Shown: one piece after another, positions 38,501-51,100 of the stretch
Numbering within the stretch: position 1 is the stretch's first letter
Layout: the number at the start of each line of letters is the position of its first letter
From: Cycas panzhihuaensis
Lineage: Eukaryota > Plantae > Cycadophyta
Reading direction: 5' to 3'
Assembly: GCA_023213395.1 (NCBI GenBank)
Contig: CM041465.1
Span: 158,169,741 to 158,233,740 of the forward strand
Length of the DNA: 64,000 nucleotides
Position numbers and translations under genes: made by a program
The notes under the pieces: generated by a model
What the model was told of the DNA's origin: nothing
The model's database searches: none
What the model saw: the letters and a program-made list of their open reading frames with translations, nothing else

Positions 38501-39834
38501 TTCTGGTGTGGAGGTTTCAAGACTAGACTTCCTCTACACTTCTTCCATCAGTAAAGAACTCACAACATAATCATATTCTAATTCATCTGTAGTAATAAAT
38601 CTAATTGATGTAATAATATTATCCCAGGATTTTGGTAATGAGTATAACAAGGTAACAACCTTGTCCTCATCCTTAATTTTAACATCGATACTAGCCAACT
38701 GACAAATAAGAGTATTGAAAATATTTAAATGTACCTTTCTTCCTCATTATGGATGAAAGAAGGTATATTGAAATGGTACCTTCCTTCATCCATAATGAGT
38801 ACAACTGCCTCTTGAAGTAGATTCGACTTGTCACTAATTTGGTCATATGCAGGCCTTCCAATTGAGTCTATAATCATGTTGTTGTCTGCTCCACTATGAT
38901 GTTAAATAGAACTTCATCTGCTAAGCATAATCGTATTGTGCTAAGAGCCATTTTGTCTAGATCATCCCATTCATCATCGTCCATCCTTGCCAGTTTCCTC
39001 ATTTTGCCCACAAGAGCTCTGTATAAACCTTATTGTACAAGAACATCATATGCTTTCAGTTTCCATAACTCGAAGATGTTCTTGCCATTGAATTTCTCCA
39101 CCTCAAACTTTGCACTTGCCAGTTTTTCCATTTGGTGTAGAGAAAGCTGACACCAAAACCTTTACAAACTCGTTACAAAAAATAAAAGTGGCTCTGATAC
39201 CACTTGTTGAGAATACAAGGTCCCAACCCTTTAACCGCCACTAAGATCTAAAGTATTCTTACAACTAGTTACAAAAATCAAAACTAAAAATTACATGCAA
39301 GTTTTTAAACTAGAGATAAAACAATAAACTGAATAAGAAAGCCAAGCACACAAATACACCCGATATAACATGGTAAAACCCTAGAAGTGTGCTAGGGAAA
39401 CATCCACATAGGAAAGGTATCAATCTTTATTGTCACGAAATAGAAAAAATGTACATGATCCTATAGCAGAGTGCTCACAACAACAATAACCAACTGCCCA
39501 ACACCTCACAATACATTGAACTACCTCAACATAATGAAATATGCCCTAAAACAGGCTCCATGAGAGAGTCATACAAGGCACAAATTTGGACTATAGAATC
39601 TAGGGTATTTTTATCAAATGACCATGATTCACTTCACAATTTAATATAGTTTCTAGTATTAATTTTTCAGGTCAGGGGCTATCACCCCTGAACCCCCTCT
39701 TAGCGGGGGGCATTCCACACCCCTTGGCTATGGGGGGCTCCTGCTCCCCTTGGAAGGTTTGGGGGGGAAACCACGTTGCCAACATGCCAAAATTTAAGCC
39801 TCCAACTATTGTTGTCACATTACCTAACAGTATA

Positions 39835-41021
39835 AAAAGAGAAGGAATTGATTTGTAACTCCAAATTAGGAAGTTTTCCATCACAATTAATTTATCTTTT
39901 ACTAGGTACTATGATTTAAAATATTTTAGTCCTATTAATAAGGATACCCTAGTGAATGACCAACTTAGTATTAATGAAGTTATATGTATTACTTAGATTG
40001 GTAAGAACTACCATTTTTTATTTTCATAGGAACCCTTATAACTTGATCATATTGGGTTGTTATATTCTTGAAATAGTTATTAAGGAAATAGATGGTTAGA
40101 TACACTCAATTAGTGGTTACTCTTTGGTAGGGTTTTTTTCATCTAAAATATCTGGTTCTTCTTCATCCATGTCAACTTCAATTACATAGAATTGGTTTCT
40201 TTTGAGGTAGACTTTAAGGTGTCCTATAACCTATTTGTCACCATATTTCCTGTAATTTTCATTCAATATTGGCTTATCAATGTTCCCTAGTTGAGTAGTT
40301 GCTAATGGGTAACTATTAAAGTTGGGGTGACACTTAGGAAGTATGTAATAGGAAATTTATGATTGATGTTTAATTTCAACTTGTTTAGCTAAGAGTATAG
40401 CTTTCTCCTTGGACTTGGGTTGGAACATCTTGAATTCAATGTTGATATTAGGCCAAATGTTTTCTTAGTAAAATTGAGAAGCTTCTTTGTCAATTAAAGC
40501 AACCTTGAGTTATAATTTTTTAAATTGCTCTCTAAACTCTTCAACTAAAGAATCCTTTTGAAAGCAATGAGATAATTTGACTATGTAGGGGGTGGAATTA
40601 GGTCCTTTAATGCAAGTTTTAACCATATTAATGAAATCATCCTAGAGAATGTATCTTTGGTTAACATACCATTTTTTAGCCTAAATATATAGGTACCCTT
40701 CCATGTGGTTGATAGAAAAATGAACCTTTTCATCTGGGGCTATGACATTGAGGTTTTTGAATGTAATGTTCAATTTAACTATCTACTCTTCGAAGTTAAC
40801 TATGCCTTTCTAAAATGTAAAATAATATGTTATTTCTTGTACTAGATTATTGATTGATAATTAGTATTATTAGCCTTATGTTGAGAATCATGTGATCCTC
40901 CCTTAACTTCAATCTGCTTGGCCATGAGTTTATTAATAGTCTTGTTCATTTGTTTTATCCACTGATCTATGAAGTCAAGGAGATTAGATATATCCATGTT
41001 TGTATCCTCTCTATTAGCCAT
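39835..41021 (-). pseudogene. gag: G1 gag and protease N-terminus
   Basis: Lies between C2 and the G1 PBS. Decayed Gypsy gag and protease motifs; the protease continues at 29048-29264 (DVVLG). Putative ATG at 41021. Confidence 0.7.
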
Positions 41022-42240
41022 TCATGATCACTTTAAATACTCAATGATGGTAGATTTAACTAATCTTGATCAAAACTCTAGAATTGAAGGCTAGTTTATA
41101 TTTTTTCCTTACAATCTTATATAAGAGAAATTTGTAGCCCTTAACTGAAGATCCCATGTTGGTTACCAAATATGATTAGAGATCACCATGTACGACATCT
41201 AATTAGAGGAAGATAGAAGAGATGGGGATAGCTATGGGAGCATCAATTGATAGGAATATAAATAGAATAAATAGCATAAAATTATAGCTAGTAAAAATTC
41301 AATGAAAGTAGGCTACAATTGAGACGAGCTATAAAAAAAAGTACTGTTGGTAGATATATAAAGGGAATGGAAGACTAGTGATGAGGCTATGGAGGATACA
41401 ATTGAAAATAATGACAAATGGAGTTAAAAGCATGCATGATATTATAGACAAAATGATAGGAAATATAAAGGGTGGTATAACAAAACAAAAAAGCACTATG
41501 CAGGGTAATATAAATGTTACAATTATCTTACTATTTAGAGGGAGAGCACACTTCTTTGAGATTGTAATAAAGCAAGATCCTAGGTCCCAATCTGATACCA
41601 CTTGTAGTAGACCAAGTGTCTACTACTTCCTTTGCACACAACTTCAAGTATTATCCAACACAAGCATAATAAAGAAGGTATTTCATGCATAGAGTAGTTA
41701 CTGATGAAATATCTTAATGAAAAGATTTAATTGAATTCAAAGACACATAATGATCAATTACAAGAATGGTAGAAATTTATACAAGTGGTATGCAACTATT
41801 TAAATGAGTTCCCACCTTTTCATATCTCCTGTTAAGTACCTTCTGACATCTCCTATTAAATATTCAAATACTAGACTAGTTATTAAGTTTAATTAATATC
41901 TAACTACTATGGTTACTAATAGAGTTGTAACAAGTATAAGAAGTGAGAAACTAGAGCAAAATAGATTGAAAAAAAATAGGTGGAAAAGGAACAATGATCA
42001 ACCATAGACAAGGCCAAGTCAAGTGAACTCAAAATAAGAGGCAACAAGAAAAACACAATAAGATTAAAGAATCTAAAGTAGGAAATGAGGTTTAACATGA
42101 ATGCTTAAACTACAGAAAGTTAGAGAACAAGCCTTTAGAATGCTAAACAAGAGAAATCATAGGTTAAATCCTATAAGAATGAGTGATAAAAGGAGGATAA
42201 ATAGAGTTAAATGAAAGAAATGAAATCTAAAATATGGGCC

Positions 42241-42887
<647 letters not shown>

Positions 42888-42899
42888 ACAATCTTTGAG

Positions 42900-44590
42900 C
42901 CTATTTCCCCTATATGATGAATGAGTAACGATGGATGAAGGTGTTGTACATGAAGAAGATAAGACACTAAGACAAGGAGCATTGTTTTAGGAGGAGGCAA
43001 GGAGTATTGATGATTAGAGGTGATGTACTTAGGAATAAGGAGGACTAGATGACATACTAGCTACTAGTTGGGAGGGGGGCAGTTCTAGCCAAGCTACTTG
43101 AGCTTATTGTGCTCTGATCAGTCATGTATATCAATTTAATAATATGAGCACTAAAGGATTCTCATGATAGGAGGGGGATTTTCCCCTTACTCTGGATTAT
43201 ACTCTGTGAAGTAGATAGCCTTAGAGTCTTTAGATGGATCAGGAGTAGTAGTTGAGAGTTTTATTATAATTGGCTCCTCTAGAGCTTGTAGGATAGAATT
43301 GAGTTGGTCATAGGTTTTATCAACCTTAACAAGCTTATGGTCTTAAGTGGTCTCCCATTTAGGAGCAATAATAAGATTCTTGAGATTTTTGATCCTAATA
43401 TAGATCTTAAAAGACTATAAAGGCTAAGCATCAGTACTCTCCTATATGGTGGGACCAAGCTTGAGTACCTTAAGATGGATTAAGATTTGAAAGTATTAGT
43501 AAATATATCAAAGAGAAAGTCATAAAATAAGGGCCTTTGACAAGCATGAATAAGATCTTAAAAGTAATGGATAAAGTCTTAGACAGACTTATATGCCCCT
43601 TATTTAGTAGTGAAAATAACTTTTACATAGTCTAAAATAGGCAGGCAATGTTAAAGTAGTTTATAAGGGCATTGACAAGCTTCTAAAATGATTGAATAGA
43701 AGTATTGGGTAGCTTATAAAACCACTTTTGAGCATTACTCAATAAGGATTTGGGAAAAATCCTTGTCATCACATGACCATGAGGAAGGTAGTTTACACAT
43801 ATGAGTAAAAGGTCTTACATGTGACCAGCAGGATCTTGCCCCAACTCCCCACTGAATTTAGGAAGCTAAGGGATGAAAGTTGGAGAGGGATATAAGGACC
43901 TATTATGGAAAGGGGTTCCTCTTATAATTGGTACAAGTACTCCTTTCCATGAGGGAGGAGACGAATGTCTAAAAGAATGATTACGATGGGAGAACTAGCC
44001 CATGTGTAAAATGACCAAGGTATAGAAGGTGTTATATTTATGATGTAGTTGGATCCACCTATGAGGGTTGGGATTTATGAATGAGAGTGGAAGGAAAAAT
44101 CTATGAAGACCCCCCATAAAGAGTATAATTAACATATGGGTGAGAGAGTGGCTTCATTTGCATCATGCCTAGCTAAGGTATATGAGGTCCCATAGAAGGT
44201 AAATAGGGTGAAGGGACAATAGGCTTCGAAGGAACCTAAGGGACATAAGCACTATTTCCACTAGGGGGGAACCCACTTATGTCTAGTAGGGCACAAAGAG
44301 GAGATTATAAGATCCTGTAGGCTATCAACCATCTCTCTAAGCTAGTTGGGGGGTGGAAGTGGTGATAATTTACCATAAAAGGGTATAATACCTATAGAAG
44401 TAGGTTATGTCCATGGAGATGTAGGAGGCATGATGTTGATGGGAGTAGGTCCTACTTGAATAAACTAAGTAGGTAGAGTAATAAACATAAGGGATGATAA
44501 GGAAGGGGAGGCATATCCATGTAAGGAGATAAAGGATTATCCCTATGGAGGAATGAAAGAGGTATTAGGCCTCTAAGAAGGAGTTGTAAT
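42900..44590 (-). pseudogene. gag: Non-chromovirus Gypsy (Tat/Ogre/Athila-like) gag remnant with Pro-rich N-terminus
   Basis: Minus strand gives LPKFSGELGQDPAGHM at ~43818-43866, followed by a retrotrans_gag-like region; upstream sequence is Pro/Ser-rich. Lineage assignment is tentative. Confidence 0.65.
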
Positions 44591-47500
44591 ATGTAACATT
44601 CCTTTCCTGTTCTAGCATACTTTATAACCCAATGTTTATCTACTAGTCTAGTTGACTCATGGTGGATATTATTATTATTATCTCTAGATAACTTAATAGT
44701 ATTCTCTAGCTAACCTTATAATTCTATTTTGGTTGACTTCCATCCTCCTTGCTAGCTGAGCTCCGTAAGCCCTTTTCACCTACTTATTTATAGAGATCCT
44801 TGACCCTATTCTAGGGCATCTTAGATGATTTTGGGCTACTATATTGTTAGCCTTAATGGCTATAATTTTGAAGGATACCTTGCCTCAAAGAGGAAGCCAA
44901 TATTAGGTACTTTACTTGTGAGTTTTGTGCATCATATTTACTATATTTTAATTGATATTTTTAGTTTACTTTATAATATAATAGTAAATACCTTATATTG
45001 TATACTTTACATACTTCTTCCATGTTTTTGCATGTTTTATTCTATTTTGCCCATTTTTTTTATACAAATCCTCTGTGGAACTACTTTAAGTGGTATTAAA
45101 CTTTATTTTAAATCCATACTAAGGGAAGATCCTCTATCTTATAATAAGAAAAGCTAGGAAAAGATTTAAAAAAAAAGTTCCCTTCCTCCTTTTCTCTAAA
45201 TAGAGCTGAAATTAGGAAGGACTCTCTAGCAAGGTAAGATAGTGAATAATTCATTTATAATAATAGAATATGTAGATAAAAGGGATGATAAGTTGCACGA
45301 TATCGTATCAAGCATGGATAGATACCTAAAGTCTCTTCATAATCTAGTAAACTTAATAGACTAAAAACTAGATAAACCTAAAGAAGAGGGAGAAACTTTA
45401 AGAGACGAAAGATTTTAGGAGTAAAGGAATTTTAAGAAAGAAAAGGAATTCAATGAATAAGATTTTAAACTAGGTAAGGGGCTTAAGTGTACAATCTTTT
45501 TTAAGAAAAATTTGACCTTGATAAATTGAGGGATATCTATAGTTGGATCATCCAGATGTAAATCTACTTTTAAGAAAGTGTCATATCTAGTAAGGAATAG
45601 GTTCTAGTAGCCTCTTTCCATTTATATGGCAAAGAACTAAAATGGTTCCATTGGAAGAGAAGATTCTTTAAGGGGACGAATAATGATAATTAGATTTTGC
45701 CAAATGAATGACTAATAGAATAATATAAATATATATAGAATACAAATTACTTCATCCAACTTATGTACTTACAACAAATAGGCTTAGTTTAGACCTACAT
45801 TAAATAATTCTAAACCTTATATAGCTTGGTCAATCATAAGATCATAGAAGAGATCCTTATCTAGTCATATGTTATAGAACTTAAGGGACATATCAAATAC
45901 CACATAAAGATAATACAAGCAGTCACCCAATGTGAAGTTATTTAATGGGCAAAAAACGTGGAAGTATAGTATAAAGAAGGGAGGCCCAGTTATATTTAAT
46001 GAGATGAACGTACCTCCTACCAAAATACTAGCTTCCAACCAAATTGGAATAGGTCAAGATCAAAGGCTAAACCTCCACTCATAGATAAGTGTAATAATAA
46101 GCCAAATAAATTGTCTAAAGAATAACACCTTAAATGAGAAACCTACTTCAAGTGTAGAGGAAAATAGAATTAGGACCATTAGTGCCTTTCAAGGAAGAAG
46201 AATTAGAAGAAGAAGAAGAAAGATCACCTGATTTACATGATGAATCCAAAATTAAAGAACTCCTTAATACTAACATCAAAAATATATAGATATTATTACA
46301 AGCCATTATTAAAGAGATTGCCACCCTATAAACTTTATAATTCTAAGGGATAATCAAGGGAGCATAAGTAGCTATTATCATAGATAGTGAAAGCATGTAT
46401 AATTTCATTAATAAACCCACCATAGAGAAGTTGGGCTTATCCATCCAAGCACTTAATGTCTTCTAGATCACCACCTCCAATGGTAAGACTATAACATATT
46501 GAGGTTACTATCCTAAGGTGAATCTCTAAATTAGGAATTATTCTATGATAACATGCATGTTTGTCATACCAATAGGAGGAGTGGCTACCATCTTAGGAAT
46601 CTAATGGCTATAGACCTTGGGAAATATCATCACCAACTATAAAATTTGATTCATGAGTTTCTTCCAAAAGGTCACAAATACATACATCTCTTATATCCCC
46701 AACACAGTTGGTGACCTCACACTGCATGGAGAAAATATTGAAAAAAAATCTTATTTCATATATAATGAGATGCCACAAAACTATAATAAAAGATGTTATT
46801 AGCAAAAGTACAAGCCATTATAGATCAACATAATGGGGTCTTTGAAAAACCTCCCTAAGGACTATCCTTAGATTGAAGGTGCTAACATCCTATTAAGTTG
46901 ATACTAGGAGCAAGTAGCTCCTATAAATGTCTACCCATACTGCCATCCCTATCATTTAAAGAGGGAAATCAAATAGATTAATAAGGAGCTTCTATATCAA
47001 GGATAAATTTCAATTAGCACCAACCCCTTTACATCACCAACTATATTAAATCATAAGGAGGATGGTTCCTACTGCATGTGTATGGATTATCTAGGGCTTA
47101 ATAAGTTTACCATCAAGATATGTTACTCTATTCCATAGATTAATGATTTGTTGGATGAAATATATAGAGCAAAATATTTCTCAAAGATTGATCTCTACTC
47201 GTGATACTATCAAATTTTTATCAAAGAAGACGATGTGTACAAAATAGCATTATGTATACATAAATGATTATTCAACTTTTGGGTTGTGCCATTTAGGCTA
47301 ACAAATGTTCTAACTACCTTCTAGAGTATGATGAACACAATATTTAAACCCTTTTTATGCAAATTTGTACTCTAATTTATAACTCAACTTAGGAAGAATA
47401 TTTAGAACATATCAAGATCCTATTGTAAGTTCTCAAAAGCAATCAATTCTGAACCAACAAGAATAAATGCACTTTTGGAAAGACCAAGTTAGAATATATA

Positions 47501-48183
47501 GGGCATATCATTACTCAAGAGGGTGTTAACATGGATCTAAAAAAGGTTCAAGCAATCATAGAGTGGCCCATACCCAAATACATAACAGGAGTAAGAAGTT
47601 TCTTAGGAGCAGTTATATTATTAAAACTTATAATAGTCCCTTCATTATAATGTATTATGTGTATATTTGTATATCATGCACTTTAGATGACCTGTCTTTG
47701 TAACTTTATCATATTATATAGATATATTAGGTTTGCCACCCTTACTGATATGTTGGCCAATAATAATGATATAAAACACTCATGGTATGCTTATAAATTA
47801 AGCTCCACACATTTTATTTATTAATGTGAAAGCTCTATTGAAATAGAGCCGCATGATGCAACTAATTTTCCTATAGCTATTTGCTCAGTATATTATTCTT
47901 ATTTTGATCTCATTTATGATATTTTACTTGCTTTGTTTAGTTTTATTATTGAATGAATATAGATATTATATCTTGGAGCTAATCTCACATTATATTAAAG
48001 ATATTACATACTTTCTTCGTTGATTTTCTAAGAAATATGTGAGAAATAGAGGTCCATTTGCTAATAACAACATTTTGTTCATGTTATTTTTAGAGTTTTT
48101 TCATAATATTAAGTAGCTATCAGACAATCTAAAGCTATTACAAGTGATTCTCAACTTGTATTAGCCCCACAGTGGAGAGTTTT

Positions 48184-51100
48184 TGGATTGTTCCTTCTTA
48201 GAAATCTGGACTTGTAGGTGCAAAAATTAATAGAAAACGAAGCCAAAATAATGCAAGTGCACAAGCAGATCACAGATAGTGTATCACCAAAATGAGTACC
48301 AAAGTACTTTCTCTTTCAAGATACCATATTCAATAACATTACAAGTGGTTTAACCCTTTAAATACACAAGTAAGGGTCTTCATCCCTATGATTCTATTGG
48401 TGGCCCTAGTGGCCTTACATCTTATTGGACAACTTAGTGATCCATACACACATCTTAATAACACCTTAATCCTTACTTGTTGGTGGCTCCCACTCGCTAA
48501 TACTAAGGAAAAGTGGGGTTATGTTACAGGTTCCCCCCTTTGAGACGTAGAGTCCTCACAGTGTTGGAGATAAGGATGTTGTTGGATGAACCCGTTGAAT
48601 TCCCAAGTAGCTTCATTTGCATCGCAGTCGACCCACTGTACCAAGTGTTAAGAAATAGTACGATTCTGGAGGCGACGATGGCAGCTGACAAGGATTTTAT
48701 TAGGAGGAATTGTAAGAGTTTGCTCTTCAGAGAGAATGGGTAAGGTTGTGTGGGGTGTAACTTTAGTGCCAAGGTATTTCTTTAGGTAGGACACATGAAA
48801 AGCATTGTGGATATTAGTATTTAGGGGTTGTTCAAGGGCATAAGCAACTTCACTAATTTTGTGCAGGATCTTATAAGGGCCATAGTAGCAGGGGCTTAGT
48901 TTATACCCTTGATATAACTTAAGGGATTATTGCTTATAAGGTTGGAGGTGAAGGTATACTAGATCTCCAATATCAAAGGATCGATTAGATCAATATAAGT
49001 CTATGAGTTGCTTCATTTGATTTCGGGCAGTGGTTAAATTCTATCAAAGGGCATGCATGATTTGATCCATTTCTTGAAGCTTTTGTTGCATAGAAGCTGT
49101 TCGAAAGTTGGTGGCTAGGGTATGGTAGAAAGGTGGGTGGTAGCCATAAAGAGCTAGAAAGGGGGACATACCAATGGCAGAATGATGGGAAGAGTTATAC
49201 CAATACTCAGCCAGGGCAAGCCATGAGGTCCACTTAGCTTAGTATTTCAAGGCAAAGCAACGCAGATAAGTTTCTAAAATTTTGTTTAGAACCTTGGATT
49301 AGCCATCTGTTTATGGGTGGTAGGTAGTACTCATGTTAAATGAGGTTCCAACAGCCTTAAAGAGTTCTTTCCAAAAGGAGCTAATAAGCTTAGGGTCTTG
49401 GTCGCAAACCATAGATGATGGGAAGCCATGGAGGCAAAATATGAATTGGATATACAAGTCATCAAGATGGGAGGATGAATATAAGGTGTGCACTAGGAGA
49501 AAGTGTGAGTACTTGGTTAATCGATCAATGATTACCCAAATGGAGCCAAACCCGGTAGATGGAGGTAGGCCCATGATGAAGTCCATGGCAATATCTTGCC
49601 ACTTGCCTTGAGGAATATGTAATGGTTGGATAAGGCCAGGGAGGGGTTTGGTCTCTATTTTATTTTACTAACAGGTGTTTCATTCTAATATAAAGTTGAA
49701 TATGGTGGTCTTCATATGGGGCCAAAAGAAATCTGTGCGAATCTATCGATAAGTCTTATCAAATCCAAAGTGGCCATCGAGGGGGGACCAGTGGTATTCT
49801 ATTAGGATTTTAGGGATGAATGAGGAGGAGGTATGGACAAAGATATGATTTTGGTAGAGGAGGTGATTGTTAAAGGTTGACCAAACTTTATGGGTGAGAA
49901 CTTTTTTTCTCCAATTAGGATAATCTGGCTAGGCTTGGTTTTCAATGCATAGTTCATCAAGCCAAAGTGGTTGGGGATTGCTGATGGCATGGAGGCTTGG
50001 GTTAGGAACATTATCATCAGGGTGAAGATGTGAAAGGGCATCTGCCACTATATTGTCTTTACCTTTTTTATATGCTATTAAGAAGTCAAAGACTTGTAAT
50101 CGATGAACCCACTTAGCTTGTTCTTTAGACAAGACTGGCTGAGTCAATAAATTATGGAGGCTACGATGATCTGTGAGAATAGTGAACTTAGAGCCTAAGA
50201 GATATTGCCACCATTTATCAATAGCGTGAAGAATAGCCTTCATCTCTTTCTGATATATAGAGAGACGAAGCTCATGATATTTTAATTTTTGACTTTCGAA
50301 TGTAATGGGATGAGAGTCTTGCATTAGGACTTCACCTAAACCAAACCCTGAAGTATTGCATTCAAGTTAGAAGGGTTGGTTAAAATCAGGAGTGATGAGG
50401 AATGGAGTGGAGGTCATTACGACCTTGAGGTGAGAAAAGGTAGCATCCATTTCTAGAGACCATTGGAAAGCCTCTTTGCGAAGGAGGTTGGTTAATGGGG
50501 CAACAAGAGCAGCATAATTACGCATGAAGCATTGATAAAAACCAGTGAGCCCAAGGAATGCTTGTAGTTGGGTAAGAGTGGTAGGTGTTAGCCATGTTGT
50601 GATGATCGATATTTTATTAGGGTCTACGCCTACCCCTTATGATGATATGATGTGATCCAAATAATTGAGTTCTGATTATCCAAACTCACACTTAGATAGT
50701 TTTCCATAAAGTTAGTGGTTTTGTAATATTTGGAGAATAATTTATAGGTGTTAGATATGGTGATCTAAGTAGGCATTATAAATAAGATTGTCATCGAAGA
50801 AAACTATGACAAACTTTCAAAAGTAGGGACCAAAGATTTTATTCATGAGAGCTTGGATGGTTGCCAGGGCATTGTAAAGGCCAAAGGGCATTACACGAAA
50901 CTCACAATAGCCATGATGTGTGCGGAATGTTATCTTATGGCAATCTTGTGGGGCAATTAGGATTTGGTAATATCCAAATTGGAGGTCTAACTTGGAAAAA
51001 ATGGTTGCACCATGGATTTCGTCTAACATGTCATCTATGCGAGGGCTGGGAAACTTATTTTTAATGTTAATCTTATTTAATTCCCTATAGTCAATGCAAA

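Larger units (their letters stand above)
29975..39131 (-). pseudogene. C2 gag-pol, split in RNase H by C3
   Basis: Starts MEKLASAKFEVEKFNGKN (Tnt1-like gag). Motifs HMCPHKTWF, LDYIHSDVWGP, LYGLKQSPKQW, LYVDDML. RNase H GYVFALAN|GPVSWMSKLQ rejoins exactly across C3. Confidence 0.93.
29270..39829 (-). mobile_element. C2: Ty1/Copia element (Tnt1/Tork-like) nested in the G1 protease region
   Basis: LTRs at 29270-29916 and 39205-39829. Perfect PBS at 39191-39202, PPT aaggtggagat at 29917-29927. Perfect TSD GTATA (29265-29269 / 39830-39834). Confidence 0.95.
13782..41941 (-). mobile_element. G1: chromoviral Ty3/Gypsy element, expanded to 28 kb by nested insertions
   Basis: 339-bp LTRs at 13782-14120 and 41603-41941 (~16% diverged, manual count). 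PBS at 41589-41600 (aatctgatacca), PPT at ~14124-14133. TSD AGCAA (13777-13781) / AGTGA (41942-41946). Domain order gag-PR-RT-RH-IN-chromodomain. Confidence 0.92.

Noticed and set aside
41675-41715. CTGATGA in the G1 LTR as a possible hammerhead ribozyme (retrozyme) core
   Set aside because: No properly placed stem II/GAAA or cleavage triplet; only a simple hairpin, and the other LTR reads ctaataa.
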